A DNA stretch of 64,000 nucleotides. Origin: Stegostoma tigrinum (Eukaryota). The notes under the pieces were generated by a model that saw nothing but the letters and a program-made list of their open reading frames with translations, made no database searches and was not told the origin of the DNA. The DNA lies in contig NC_081373.1 of assembly GCF_030684315.1 (NCBI RefSeq), positions 40,711,989 through 40,775,988 of the forward strand, read 5' to 3'. How positions within the stretch are numbered: position 1 is the first letter of the stretch; each line of letters opens with the position of its first letter. Positions 24,493 through 38,370 of this stretch are shown piece by piece. The position numbers and the translations under genes are program-made.

Positions 24493-27014
24493 GATGTGAT
24501 TCTGGCAGCATTGATAAATGTTTGTAAGTTAGTAATGTGTAAATGTTAAACGTGAGTGCTGAGCACCAGGGTGTACTGCTTGTTGTTAAACGATAGCCCT
24601 CTTATGTTAAATAAAATGAGAGACTGCTGATGTAGTGAGCATATTCATTAAAATTTATACCTTGACCACATGTAGGATTAAGGTAGTTTTTTTTGGAATT
24701 GCTGCTTCATTCTTGGTGCCAAGATCCATTTTGATTCTCATGGAATTCCTTGTTAGCATTACGAAACGTCACTTATGTGTTGCAACCCTGTATTTCTGGC
24801 AGTCTGCATAGTCCACTGTCCAGTTTCCTTCACTTTGGCAGTGTGCCTTCTATTTAACAGAGTGTCTGCCTTTTTCATTAGGGAAGACCAGCTGGATCAC
24901 ATCATTTTCAAATGATGCTACCCTCCGCTATGCAGAACAGAAACACTACAGCAGTGTTTGGGAAATCTCAAGCCCCACTCGGACCAATGTTACAGTCATT
25001 CCAATGAGATGGGTGCAGTAAATTCTCGTGCTACCTATGCTATCCGAATAGGTACATTGGATCTCAAACTGTAAACTCAGCACCTAAAAAAACAGGCTAG
25101 TCAACTTTTAGCCCCATGTAGATTTTAAAAAGTCTCTCATCACCACAAAATAAAGTTACTAACTTTACACAAAGTCTAGTTTCTCATGGTTGCAGCATTC
25201 TATTTCCAGAACAAGTGACACATTGTCACCTTAAATTATGGATATAATATTTTACGTTATTCCTCTTTGTGATCTCTGCACCATTCATAGCCCTCTGCGT
25301 AGTTTCATAAACCTGATCTTCCTTCCTTATATGAAAGTATGCTTGATGCATGCCTCTGACTCAGGTCACTTAATTACAATTCCTCACTTATGGCTTTCCT
25401 AGGCTTCAAATCGTAATTATCTTCCTCATACCAATACCTAATTCAGTTTCTAATAATGAGTAAGAACTGAATATCTTATCAACTATCTTCTGTACAGAAC
25501 AATTATAAAAGTCACTGCATTCAGAGATAACTGAGTCTATAGTTCAGAGCCCAACCTTCCTTGAACAAGTCATAATACCAGGACGTCTGTGACTTTGTAA
25601 CCATGCTACTATTTGAATACGGTATCACTTAATTTGATTGGGCACAACTATGCAATTTTCTGTGCTGCTTAAGTTTTTTTTATATACAGTTATCCACTGC
25701 AAGTTCGTAGTCAAAAACCAGATTCAATTATTTCCTGTTCCTTCAGTCACTCATTGTAATATATCACTTTTTATGAGCTAACCTGGAAATTAATTGCTTC
25801 GGCGTTCAGTCTGTTGAGTTCACTGTTAATTCCCCATATTACTTGGAAAATTCTTTGTTTCAAAATATCACATGCTTCTGATAAGATCTACTCTTCTATT
25901 GTTTCAGTGCTACCCATAAGAGTGGCTAAACTGAAAAATCTATCGACCCAAGATCAGGACAGGAAGTAAGACAAGATACATATGCTAAGTGCAAAAACAG
26001 ACTTTTGTTCTGGGCGACACAGTGCTAGAATCTTTTTAGTGCAATGAAAATTCAACTGAACATTTATCTCTCTATCTTGTATTTCTGCACACTATATTTT
26101 TCAAGGCATATAATTGTACAGAAAATAAAACAGTTAATGAATTTGTTTGCTGGAAATATAATGAATGTTCGGTAATCCATGTCATGTGTGCCAGTTCCCT
26201 CTTCTCCTCAATTCTATTATGTCATCTTTTCTGTTCCTCACTGTCCTCCAACACTAAAGACAAACCATCCATAACTGCAATAAAACCACTTGGAATACAA
26301 CCAAAAACAATTCAATGCCAGCTAAAATTTGATACTGCTCTTGGGTGCGGTAAATATTGCCCAGGAGTTAACCGGCAGCTTAAAAGCCAGGCTGGTAATT
26401 AACCTGCGAGAAGGGAAAGAACATTGTCCTGTTGAAGGTCCAGCTTTTCTCTCTCAGGTCCAACATCAACGTTTCTCTTATCCTTTCGCATTTTTTTCTC
26501 TTTAGATCCATAGATTTGTCTTGGATTCTTTTATTCCTCCTTAAAGCCTAAGAAAGATTTCAATTTTATTATGGTCAATATTCTCAAAATAATTTATCTC
26601 AGATTATGAATAAATAATATTCCATTTGTTCATTTGAATTAGAAGCTTGCTACTTAGAATGTGGGTCTTACATTTACTCCTTTGGCAATTTAAGTGAGTC
26701 AGTATTTTGAATATGAATATATGTATTCTCCTTTGATTGAATTCAGGTTTTTTTTATAGTCTTAAAATTCATGTTCAATTATGGCTAATTTCAAGCATAC
26801 CCTTGTGTAAAGATGACTGACAGATGTTTGCTTATTAGTTTAAATTCTAAATCTCACTAACGTAAATCAGATTTGACATAATCTTCCTGAGTTCCATGGG
26901 CATTACCCTGTGGGTGGCATCAAAGCATTTTATGAAGATTATCTATCAGCTTTCGGCAAACTGTAGCTTGGCTAACTTTGGGTTATCTGACGGAAAGCAA
27001 GAACACAAGAACAG

Positions 27015-28230
27015 AAAATGTATGGGTTGACACAGGTCATTTGGTCCCTCAAATCTGTTTTGCCATTCAATAAAATCGTGACTGATCTGATTGGCCTTAA
27101 CTCAACTTTACTACCTGGTCATCCATTAATCTTGACTCCGTCTTTAACATATTCACCAATCCCACCTCTGTGGCGTTTTGGGGAAGACAAATTCACAGAC
27201 AAAAACTCAAAAGAGAAAATATTTCTGTTTTACCAAGTAAGTGCTTGTACCAAGTAAACTGGCAGATGTAGCAGACAATGGAAAAGGGAAATAGCATTTT
27301 GACCTCCTCTCAGTGTCCACCCTGTCAATTCCCCTAAGAAGTTAAAATGTTTCAGGAAGATTATCTGTCATTCTTCTAAATTCCATTGGGTATAGGCCCA
27401 ACCATTCCTCATAATTCCTTCATCCAAAGGATCAGAAAAATGAATGTTACCTTAACTGCTTTGAATGCAATTATGTCCATACATAAGATAACAATACTGT
27501 GCACAGTATGCCAGATGCCATCTTTCCAAGGCCTTAGAGAGCTGGAGCAAAATGGCCTTAGATCTACATTCCATTCCCTTTGCAAATAATGTCAGCATTC
27601 AATTTGCCTTCCTAATCAATTTCTGTCTCTATGTACCAACTTTTTGTGATTCATGTATCAGGATACCCAGATCCACCTGTACTGCTGATTCCTGAAATCT
27701 CTTCCAATTTAAATAATAAACTGTTTTCTATTCTTTCTGCCAAAGTGGATAAGATGATCTTTTCCCACATTAAACTTCATAGACCCATGTTTGTGATCTC
27801 ACATAAACGACTCATTCTTTTCACAGCATACTTTCCTTCTTATCTTTGTATCATCAGTAAATTTAGTCACATTCGGCGTTTTCATTGAAGCCATTTATAT
27901 GGATTGCAAGAGCTGAGGTTCCAGCACTGATCTGTGTCGCACTTGTCACATAGTGACAACCTGAAAATGACCCATTTATCCCTCTTATCTGTACCCTGTT
28001 AGCTAATCAATTCCTCTATCCAACCAATATGTTAAGCCCTATTGCATGAACTCTTATATTGTTTAGTACCTTTTGATGAGCCCATTATCAAATGCATTCT
28101 AGAAATTTAAGTTCACCACATCCACATGTTCCTCTTTATTTACCTCATTTATTATATCCATAATAATGCCAACAAATTAGATCAGCACAATTTTGTCCAC
28201 ACAAAACCATACTGACACCACCTGATTGTT
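27015..28230 (-). mobile_element. Old CR1 LINE remnant
   Basis: CR1-type 3' end followed by decayed RT-region sequence. Confidence 0.6.
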
Positions 28231-28244
28231 CTAAGAGGTAACAT

Positions 28245-29400
28245 GGTGCTGAATCTTATGTTTTTCGGCTAAGTCTCAGTTTGTGTAAAGCTTTTTGAGG
28301 TTTTTTTTGCAGCAAGTCCTGACCAGTTCTCTTGAAACATCTTACCAAAGGCTTAGCGCTGCAGGAAGAAGGTCAATCTCCTTCTCCTCTTCACCAGTGT
28401 ACATGCCACCGTTTTCTCTCTAATACCTCATACTCACTCTGTTTCTGTTACTGTATGCACATTCCTTCAAGAAACACATGTCACCACTCTTACAATTGCC
28501 TGCAACTCACTGTCACCCAATCAGTTGCAAAAGCACTAACTCTGCATGCCCTCTGTATACTGTCTACTCACTTTTCAGGATATCTTCCCACCTGCACCAA
28601 AAGTAACCACTGTGCACCCATTTTCATCATCCTTTATATCTGCTTCTCTCTCATTCCAGGAGAAAAGCAGAGCCCAGTACAGAAACAGAGTCAAGATTGG
28701 TAGTGGGCTGCCTGACATTTGGTTCTTCACCCCTTATGTAGACAGGATCCTGACGCTGACCGCACTGAGCGGCTAATTGACCATGTCCAAGCCCCTGGAC
28801 TAAGACTTTCTTTTACTTATTGCGGCAGGACCTGCTAAGTGAAAGCTATCCCTTTGACTTGACAGAGAACTGCTGATAACCACATTAAGCTTCTTTCTTC
28901 TGTATTTGTGTAAACAACAAAACAAGACAACATGTGTCTTGGTGGAATGTGGATACTATGATAGAGATAGAATGAGCGTGACGGCAGTAGCCTGGTGTTT
29001 TTGGCTGAGGGAGCAAAGTGCAGAGAGACAAGACAGGGCAAGGCAGTACAAGGCAGGGAGACTGTGATCATCCAGGTAGATTCAGAGTGAGTGAGCGCTA
29101 TGACAGCAAACAAAGATCCCAGAGATGCAGCCTGGTTCAGCCTATGAGCTGGGTGCATGTCCAAGTGCAAACTCTTCTTGCTGCAAACCAGAGGTGTAGC
29201 ATTGAAGTGCAGAAGTGACGTGTAAATAGATCTGAGATGTGCCTTGAGGGTACTTGGAAGCTGGTAACGTCTTTGGATGTGGGATATATCTGCAAGCCGT
29301 AGGATATCGCTGCTCAGTATCCAATATCATTCAGAGCAATCGATGAGCTAAAAGGGCCAGATTCCTGTTTTGGTCTCCATCTCGGTTACTCTACATTTAG
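28245..29400 (+). mobile_element. PIF/Harbinger-type Myb/SANT-like accessory gene remnant
   Basis: Segment CAG|EKSRAQYRNRVKIGSGLPDIWFFTPYVDRILTL; homologous, in opposite orientation, to 61790-63330. Confidence 0.55.
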
Positions 29401-30699
29401 CTTGTTTGGTGTATTTGCTAAGACAGAAAGCTGAATGTTAATGAGGTGAGTTGAGCTGTAAATGAGGTATTTAACAAGCAACAATCCTCTTAATTGCAAG
29501 TCACCACTACGCAAAGAAAAACTCAGCCATTTGTGGAAAGCATAAAAGACGCAGCAAACATGCTCACAACATTGAAATGGGCCTTAATGGACTGCTCGTC
29601 AAATTCTATCACAGATCTCACAATTGCTCAGACCGCTGTAAGATTCCACCCATGTGATATGAACATATGGGCGGCCTAAAGATCACTAAGCAAAGGTTCT
29701 TTATTCCAATGGTATCGGATCATTACAGACATGAAGGGAGATTTAAGTTAAAAAAGAAGGCACAGTATTTACCCAGGAAACCCATGGTTTACATCCAGTT
29801 GAGGCAATCCTTTATCTGTCTGATAGTTCTCTCATCGGGCTTCCTTTATCCGAACGCAGCCTTTCCTCTAGGGAGAGTCTATTCAACTGCTCCAGCTGCC
29901 CTGCTCAGTGCCCTCTCTCACCATCACATCCAGCAAGGGAAGATTCTGTTGCAAAGATTGTCAAAGTGCCCTCCTGTAACCTCTTTTATAAATGAATGTA
30001 GTTTTTTCGCCATGACAGACAGGAGCACTATCAAACAAAATATGAACCAAGCTACAAAAAAAGGATAGATGGCCAAAAACTAAACCAAAAAGACAGAATT
30101 TAAGAAGTGCCTGAAAGGATGAGAAGTCAGAGAAATTCAAGGAAGAAATTCCAGAGCTTAAGACCCAAGCAGCTGACATCACAGATTGCAGCAGCAGAAC
30201 AATTCAATTTGGGAGCATTCAAGAGGAGGATAACAAATGTTGAAAGATGTTTACATTGAATAATGTTCATTTACCTTTTCAGTGTTAAGAGAAGTATTTT
30301 CCAATTTCTCATGTGGATCAGATTTACTAAATTGTATATATAATAGGTATAAATACCTATTTCGATAAACTAGAACATAGTGGCAAGGATGCCCTGTTTT
30401 ATCTCCAAATCTGGAAATATTTGTCCAGACAACACGAGAGAAAGACATATTGGTTCATTGTAGAACAGATCACTGGAGTGGTCATTGAGCTGAATCCTAA
30501 AATATACAATGGTTAATCCTTTTTTTCCTGATTGATAGTGGTGTTCGGCTTTCATCATCATTTATTTTTGCTAAAACATGTCAATGACCAATGAAGTTAG
30601 TGACCTGGAGCTGCTAGTGTGGTCGTAACCTGAAAATTAGACCTGAAATACCATGCAGTGTTGCACACATTTTGCTGATGCCAAGATTCCTCAGTCTGA

Positions 30700-31590
30700 T
30701 CTCAATGTTTAAAAATACACATAATCTACATTAGGAACAGAATAACATTGAAACAGATCTAACCCTTTAAATCTGATCATGATTGATCTGCAACCTAATT
30801 TCATGAAGTCACCTATCCCCCTGAGCTTTCTGTTTACTCCATCTCTTATATTCAAGTATAAATTCAAATATACTTGAGATAAAAAGATTAGCCATCCACT
30901 AGCCTTTTTATTACTTTCTACCTCATTTAATGCCATTTTGCTCATTTCTATACCCGGGCTCTCAAATCTCAGTGGTCTTCCATTGTCCCTACTTTTCGAC
31001 CACTTAGGAAATACCTTGTTCTTTTCCTTTACAGCCCCATAGTGGACTACCTCATATTTTCCTACACCAAAATGCATTTGCCAGTTTTTATTTTATTAAC
31101 TTAATCTATTAATATATCTTTATGGTTTTACGCTTTCAACAATACTGCTTAAAATGCTGCTAATCTTTAGTTATTGATAAGTCTGGTTATGAGGCTTTCT
31201 ATCCCACTATCTAAATCACTATAAGTATGGTAAATAGTTGCAGCACATTGCGACACATCATGAGCCACTTCCTGAGTGCCTGCTCATTATTGCTAATTGT
31301 TATCTCCCACACGCAATTAATTTCTTAATTAGACCAATAACTTGCCTTCAATCCATGAATTCCAATATTAGCTATCAGTCTTTTAAGAGGGACTTTATCA
31401 AATGCTTCCAGGTAGAACATAATGTCTTTACCCATTCCCTTGTCCGGTACTTGAGGCAAATTTTAAAGAACTCAAACTCATCCATCAGGCCAGCCTGTGA
31501 TTTACAAACCCATGTGGTGCACTCTGAATGGATGAAAGCTTTTGAGATGTTCCATCACTCTAGCCCTAATTGCAGATTCAAGTAATGACC
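30700..31590 (-). mobile_element. Old CR1 LINE remnant
   Basis: WQMHFGVGKYEVVHYG motif (ORF 30709-31077). Confidence 0.6.
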
Positions 31591-33602
31591 CAACAATAGT
31601 TTCGTGTGGTTAAAATGTGGGATAGATCCCATGTGGAGCCTCAAAGAGCTCAGGCAGAGGTTTATGCATGTTAGAATAAAGGGTTTCCTTCAGAATGGGG
31701 CTCGGTGCATGGTAGATAGGTCACAAAACTCTATCATATATATCTTTAGCTAATTTAAAGGAATTGCTCTGGAGTATCTAATTGGAATCCAATCTTTCGA
31801 TTCTTTTATAAAGCGGAGGTCAACCACCCCTTGAAAAAAAAACTGAAATACCCAAAGAGGAGTGTTTCACCCTATATAATCTGTAGGAGTGTGAGAAGTG
31901 GTATAACCTGCCTTTCAGCAACTTCTAGGGGTCAAATAAAATAATTCCCTGATACTCACTTTAAAATCAACAAGAAACAATTTATTTATCTTAACTCTAA
32001 CAGTGAACAAATTAACTGAGGTATTAACAAACTAAATAAACCCCTTCTGAATACTGAGTATTCACAAATAAAGCTAGATTCTAGTGGTATGCTGCTCTAA
32101 TAAATATAAATCCCACTTATATAAAATAGAATTTAAAAAAAACAATTTAGTCTGTCAAAATTACACATAGGTGATGTCTTCCAGAATGTTCTGTGCCTTT
32201 TCCATTGATTATTCTGTCAGGAAAATTAACTAGTTATGCTGTTGGTACCTTTGTGATTTAGATGGTACTTTCTCTATCTTCTACACTTGACTTCATTCTA
32301 AGAGCAACCAAGATGCTTGACTCTGATGTTACAACCTGGTAAAGAGGGATGAATTGACTCCACTCTTTTTAACCTCCTCGTTTGGGAGCAACAAAGATGT
32401 TATGTCATTTTCAGCACACAGCCATGCCTTACTCTAATTGCAGTTGATTAGTTCAGCAGAAACAATAAGTAACCAATTACAAGGTTTTCTTGAGTAAAAG
32501 GAAGAGTGTTTTATTAGTGCCGGATTCCAAGAAAAATTATGTAGACACAATATTAAATACACACACAAGTGCAGTTACAAAGATAAATGACTGATAGCAT
32601 AATGTACAAAAGGAAGATTAGAAAACAGGCAGTTTCATTTCTTAGAGTGGTCTCAAGGCGTTAGATTTTAACCTGAGACCTCGGTCAGTTATGTATGTCC
32701 TGGCTCAGTGAAGGATATGAATATTTGAAATATCTTGGAGTCATCAATGCTAAGATCTTTCTTTATTCACTTCATCACTAGAATTTGTCCTTCCTTAAAA
32801 AAACAGTGAGAACGAGAGAGAAACTTTTCCTGAAAGAGAGCTCATTCATGTATTTGTTAAGGTTCATTGTCTCCAAGCGGGATAATTGTAGGTGACATTT
32901 TTTTCATGAAAAGTTTACATTTTGGAAATAAAAGTGTAAATGCATCAGGGGTTTATAGGCTTCTTCAAGCCTGACTGGTTTCAGCAAACTGGAATTTGGC
33001 TAACTTTTGGTAATCTGAGAGAATGCAAAAACAAAAAATTGGAAGATTTATGGGCTGGTGCAGGCCATTCGCTCCCTCAAATCTGCTCTGCCAGTCAATA
33101 AAATCACGACTGATCTGATTGGCCTTAACTCAAATTTCCTACCTGCTCATCCAGCAACTCAGTCTTTAATATATTCACCAATCCCACCTCTGTGGTTTTT
33201 TGGGGAAGATAAATCCACAGATGAATAACTCAAAGTGAAAATATTTCTGTTTTACCAAGTGAGTGCTTGTACCAAGTAAGCTGGCAGATCTAGCAGACAA
33301 TGGAAAAGGGAAATAGCAAGTTGACCTCACCGCAAGGAGATGTGAGTAGCGGAACAGGGATGTCCTGTGCAATTGTACAGGACCTTGGTAAGATCACACT
33401 TTGGAGTACTCTGTGCAATTTTGGTCTCCTTGACTTTTTTTCATGAAAAGTTTATATTTTGGAAATAAAGGTGGAAATACATCAGGGGTTTAGAGGCTTC
33501 TTCCAGCCTGACTGGTTTCAATCCTTTTTGATATAAATGTTTCTTTTTCAAGTCAGACTGGTTTTATTTAATTATGATTTAATGAACTCAGCTTAACTTG
33601 TG

Positions 33603-34184
33603 TCTCAGGAGCACAAAAGCTGACGTTTCGGGCCTAGACCCTTCATCAGAGAGGGGGATGGGGTGAGGGTTCTGGAATAAATAGGGAGAGAAGGGGAGGC
33701 GGACCGAAGATGGAGAGAAAAGATGGAGAGAAAAGAAGATAGGTGGAGAGGAGAGTATAGGTGGGGAGGTAGGGAGGGGATAGGTCAGTCCAGGGAAGAC
33801 GGACAGGTCAAGGAGGTGGGATGAGGTTAGTAGGTAGGAAATGGAGGTGCGGCTTGGGGTGGGAAGGAAGGGATGGGTGAGAGGAAGAACAGGTAAGGGA
33901 GGCAGAGACAGGCTGGGCTGGTTTTTGGGATGCAGTGGGGGGAGGGGAAGAGCTGGGCTGGTTGTGTGATGCAGTGGGGGGAGGGGACGAACTGGGCTGG
34001 TTTTGGGATGCAGTGGCGGGAGGGGAGATTTTGAAGCTGGTGATGTCCACATTGATACCATTGGGCTGCAGGGTTCCCAAGTGGAATATGAGTTGCTGTT
34101 CCTGCAACCTTTAGATGGCATCATTGTGGCACTGCAGGAGGACATGTCATCTAAAGAATGGGAGGGGGAGTTGAAATGGTTCAC
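33603..34184 (-). mobile_element. PLE 3' fragment (same family) with hammerhead at 33622-33649
   Basis: Matches 2400-2968 with small indels and lacks the last ~80 nt of the element. Confidence 0.9.
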
Positions 34185-35789
34185 TCCTTAGTGACAAAAG
34201 CTCATTAAAACTGTCTTCTTCACAATGAAGTTCAGTTCTTCACTTTTGAAGATCAAACCTCCATATTTCCTCAAAGGTTTCCCCAGCTCAGACCAACTCA
34301 ATGGCTGCTCACCTCCCAGTATTTCAATCTCTTCTTCTGAGACTGTGTTCTACTGAACTTGCAAACTGAACTCAAGCTTTTAATTACTCGCATGACTTTG
34401 TCTCATTTGCACACAGCCAGCACCACTTAGCTGACACAGCTCCTGAAATTTTCCAAACTCCACTTTCATGGGCTACACCAAGCAAATATTACATTCAGGC
34501 TTCCTTGGGCCCCAAATTTCAGCTGCAGCAAACTGCTCCCGTTATTTCAAAGAGCTCCCAGCTTCTCATAGCTGACAGCACCTGTGAGTAACAAGTGTGT
34601 GGGAAACTTCAGTCATTGGAACCAATAATCAGAGGAAAGTTGAGCCCATAAATAGAATGCACAGAAGTGGTGAAAAGTTGTTCCTTCAAACACAGGCTGT
34701 TCTCTTTTTATATACTTGCTGCCGGTAGATTCACAGTAGCAAATAAAGGAGAGAAGCAGCTGTGGTTGGAGCAGTAGACAGAAGGTAGTAGTAATGGAGA
34801 GCAAAGCTACTCCCCTGGATTAGTGATTGGAACCATGTTGAATTCATTGGCTGTGGGATCCTTGATTGGGATTGTTAACCTGAGCTAATCACGGAACCCT
34901 GGTTGACAGATATAAACAGGGGATGATCCTTATTCTCTCCCTTCACTTTTTCTTCATGTAAGCATTGTCCTTTTTGGGTTTTGCTTCATAATGGTTCAGT
35001 GGCCACCTGAGTGTTTTATTCTGGTGGTGGAAATACTGAATGAAGTTCTTGTCCAATGACGTCTTTTTTACTGAGTCACTGCACACACATGCAAATCACT
35101 GGTAATGTGGGGAAAATGTAAGCACTACTTCTATACAATGGCAGTGTGGTGGATGAGAAAAAGGAGGAGAAAAAAAGAAAAGAAAATTAGAACGGGGATT
35201 CAGAGAGTCGTGACTTCAGAGACTGAGTCAGATGTGGCTGGTCACAGCCAGTGTACTTGCACATGTAAATAAAACCCAGTCTCCGTGCAGTAAAAGGGAA
35301 GGACAGGCCATGGTGCTAGGCTGCTTTAGGAGGGGAAGAATGCCAGGTGATTTCAGGGCCTGGGAAAAGATGCTTCCAAAATGACAGGGGAGGCAGGCCG
35401 GGGGCAGGGGGTGGGGGGAAAATCAGTGTCTGTGTGGAATTGAGGCTGGCCACCTGGAACAAAAGTGGAGTGTAGTTAGAGACTGACTGTGATGAGGATG
35501 AGGGAGGGGAGAAAAGATTGAACAAGAAAGTCTGCAAAGTGAGGTAGAGTGCTGCAAAGTGGAAAGAGATGCTGCAGGGGGGAGAGAGGAGTTGCAAAAA
35601 GGAGATCATTTCTGCAAAGGGGAAAGAAGGTCACAAAATGGAGAGAGGACCTGCAAAGGGTGAAGAGGGACTGTATTTGGGGGAAGAGAACCACAAAAGA
35701 CAACAAGGGGCTGCAAGCAGGGGTAGGAGATGAAAAAGGAGAGTGATGAGCTGCAAAGATGAAGATTTGCATTTATGTTTTATTATAGA

Positions 35790-36123
35790 ATTCACTGAAT
35801 CCCTCCAGTGCGGAAGCAAGCCATTCAACACAACAACCCCACACACATCCTCCAAAGACCATCCCAACCAGACTCATCCCTATCCTTATAAGTCTGCATT
35901 TCCCATGGCTAATCTATCTGGACCACACGTCCCTGGACACAATGGGTAATTTAGCACAGACAGTTCGCCTAACGTGCACGTCTTCGGACTGTGGGACAAA
36001 ACCCACGCAGACACAGGGAGAATGTGCAATCTCCACACAGACAGTTGCCTGAGGCTGGAAGTGAATCTGGGTCCCTGACGCTGTGACGCAGCAGTACTAA
36101 CCATTGAGCCACCATGCTGACCC
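35790..36123 (-). mobile_element. HE1-type tRNA-derived SINE
   Basis: Reverse complement of GGGTCAGCATGGTGGCTCAATGGTTAGTACTGCTGCGTCACAGC... with A/B boxes and a CR1-derived tail. Confidence 0.88.
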
Positions 36124-36214
36124 ACAGTGGTATTTAATTATACCATATATATCATATATTATAATATTAGTTATTATATATTTATTATACATTATAATAT
36201 CTAATTCATATAAC

Positions 36215-37275
36215 AATCTCTGCCTCAACAAAGGAACTGGTCATTGACTTCAGGTTGACATGCCCCTGCCCATTTCAATGGTGTTGAGATGGAGGTCGAG
36301 AGATTCAAGTTCCTCGGAGTAAATATCACCAAAGGGCTATCCTGGTCCACACACGTCAACACCACTGTCAAGATAGCACACCCACAGATCTATTTCCTCA
36401 GAAAGCGAAAGAAATGCAGCACATCTACAATGGCTCTTATCAATTTTTACAGATGCACCACAGAAGGTATCCTATCTGCATGCATCACAGCATGGTATGG
36501 CAACTGCTCTTTCCAAAACCACAAGAAATTACACCGAGTAAATTACACTGGGGCAGCACGGTGTCTCAGTGGTTAGCACTGCAGCCTCACAGCACCAGGG
36601 ACCCGGGTTCGATTCCAGCCTTGGGTAACTGTCTGTTCGGACTTTGCACGTTCTCCCTGTGTTTGCATGGGTTTTCTCCAGGTGCTCCAGTTTCTTCCCA
36701 CAGTCCAAAGGTGTGCAGGCCAGGTGGATCGGCCATGCTAAATTGCCCGCAGTGTTCAGGGGTGTGTGGGTTATAGGGGGATGGGTCTGGGTGGGATGCT
36801 CCAACAGGCAGTGTGGACTTGGTGGGCCGAAGGGCCTGTTTCCACACTGTAGGGAATCTAATCTAAAAGAGTTGTGAGTACAGCCCAGTCCATCACAATA
36901 AAAAGCCTTCCTTCTACTGACACCATCTACACTCCTTGCTGCCGTGGGAAAGCAGCAAACATAAGCAAAGACCCCTCCCACCCTAGTTATACACTCTTCC
37001 AACCTCTTCCATTGGGAAGAAGATGGAAAAGTTTGAAAACACATACTAAAAGACTTAAAAATTGCTTCTTCAGTGATGTTATCAAACTTATGACTAGACT
37101 TCTCATGTATTAAAGTTGATCTTTCTCTGAACCTTCTTTGTAGCTGTAATATGATATTCTGTTTTCTGTTCTCTTACCCTGGTGTACTTGTGTAAGGTAT
37201 AATTTGTCTGGTTAGTACACAAAACAATACTTTCCACTGTACATCACTGCTTGTGACAATAATAAATCGAATCAC
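36215..37275 (+). mobile_element. Rex1/Babar-type LINE 3' fragment interrupted by a SINE
   Basis: VERFKFLGVNITKGLSWSTHV...FYRCTTEGILSACITAWYGNCS, resuming after the SINE as AQSIT...KAANISKDPSHPSYTLFQPLPLGRRWKS. Confidence 0.85.
36550..36866 (+). mobile_element. HE1-type tRNA-derived SINE
   Basis: GGGGCAGCACGGTGTCTCAGTGGTTAGCACTGCAGCCTCACAGCACCAGGGACCCGGGTTCGATTCC... ending TTTCCACACTGTAGGGAATCTAATCTA. Confidence 0.92.
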
Positions 37276-37677
37276 CGTGCTGCTACATTTCAAAACATCT
37301 CAATATGCTACAAATTGTGAAAAATGCATTGACTGTGTTGGAGCCATACATATAACCACATAGCAGTGGCCTCACATGTCCTTGGGAAGTATCTTTAGGT
37401 TGTTCGCTATTTCTATATAAAAATATATTTCAGGGTGTTCACTTCAGAAGGCAATGTTTCTGACTTAGTCCCGGTATCATTAATTACTTTAATGTCATGA
37501 GTGTTAATGATTTCCTCATGAGTTGTAACATTATGTTTAACAGAGCAGGCAGGATTATTGTGGATATTGACAAATTCTTTTCATTTTGCTTCTGTATGAG
37601 CCCCAAATACCCCATATGTTAACACAAATTCAGAAGTAACATTACTACAATAGTACAGCAGCAGATAAAAATAAAAT

Positions 37678-38370
37678 GCAGTGGAGGTGCCGGTGTTGGA
37701 CTGGGGTGGACAAGATCAGAAGTCAGATGACACCAGGTTATAGTCCAACAGGTTTATTTGAGTCACAAGTTTTCAAAGCATTGCCCCTTCACCAGGTGTA
37801 AGTGAGAACAAAAAGGAGCTACTGAAAACCAAAAAAAGGTCAAATATCAACAGTATCATGCAAAATAAAACTGTCAAGAAGACCCCTTAAAAACATTTGA
37901 TTTGAAGTGGAACGACCTCTCTCAATGACTGTTCCTCTCCCCATGACTAAAACTGATCCTTTAACTCCAGTCTAATAGATTGCAAACAGTTTGGAGTAAC
38001 CTATTAAGGCATTCTCACTTAATGATGTAATTATCTCATTGCCTCAATCAATTGGTTCATAGGTCAATCCTTCACTTGTTATTCAGCTGTTGACACTTTA
38101 GATCACCTGCAAAGACTTGTTATTCAGCCTGTCAACACCCCCCAAACACTACCTGTACTAATCTGTTAAAAAATCTTAATTACCTGGAATTGTTTTGCCA
38201 TTATATTTCCACCCATGTATTCTGTGGCTGTGCGCTTCCCTCTGCTTCACCTGATGAAGAAGCAGTGCTCTGAAAACTTGAGATTTCAAATAAACCTGTT
38301 GGACTATAACCTGATAGCATGTGACTCCTGACTTTGTCCATTCCATTCCAACACTGGCACTGCCATGTCA
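37678..38370. mobile_element. Older, different PLE-like family remnant with inverted ~120-bp termini and degenerate hammerhead (38251-38280)
   Basis: 37678-37800 is the approximate reverse complement of 38245-38366. Contains CTGATGAAGAAGCAGTGCTCTGAAAACTTG. Confidence 0.65.

Noticed and set aside
36550-36620. tRNA-like sequence with A and B boxes
   Set aside because: It is the head of an HE1-type SINE, not a tRNA gene; the same holds for the other copies.
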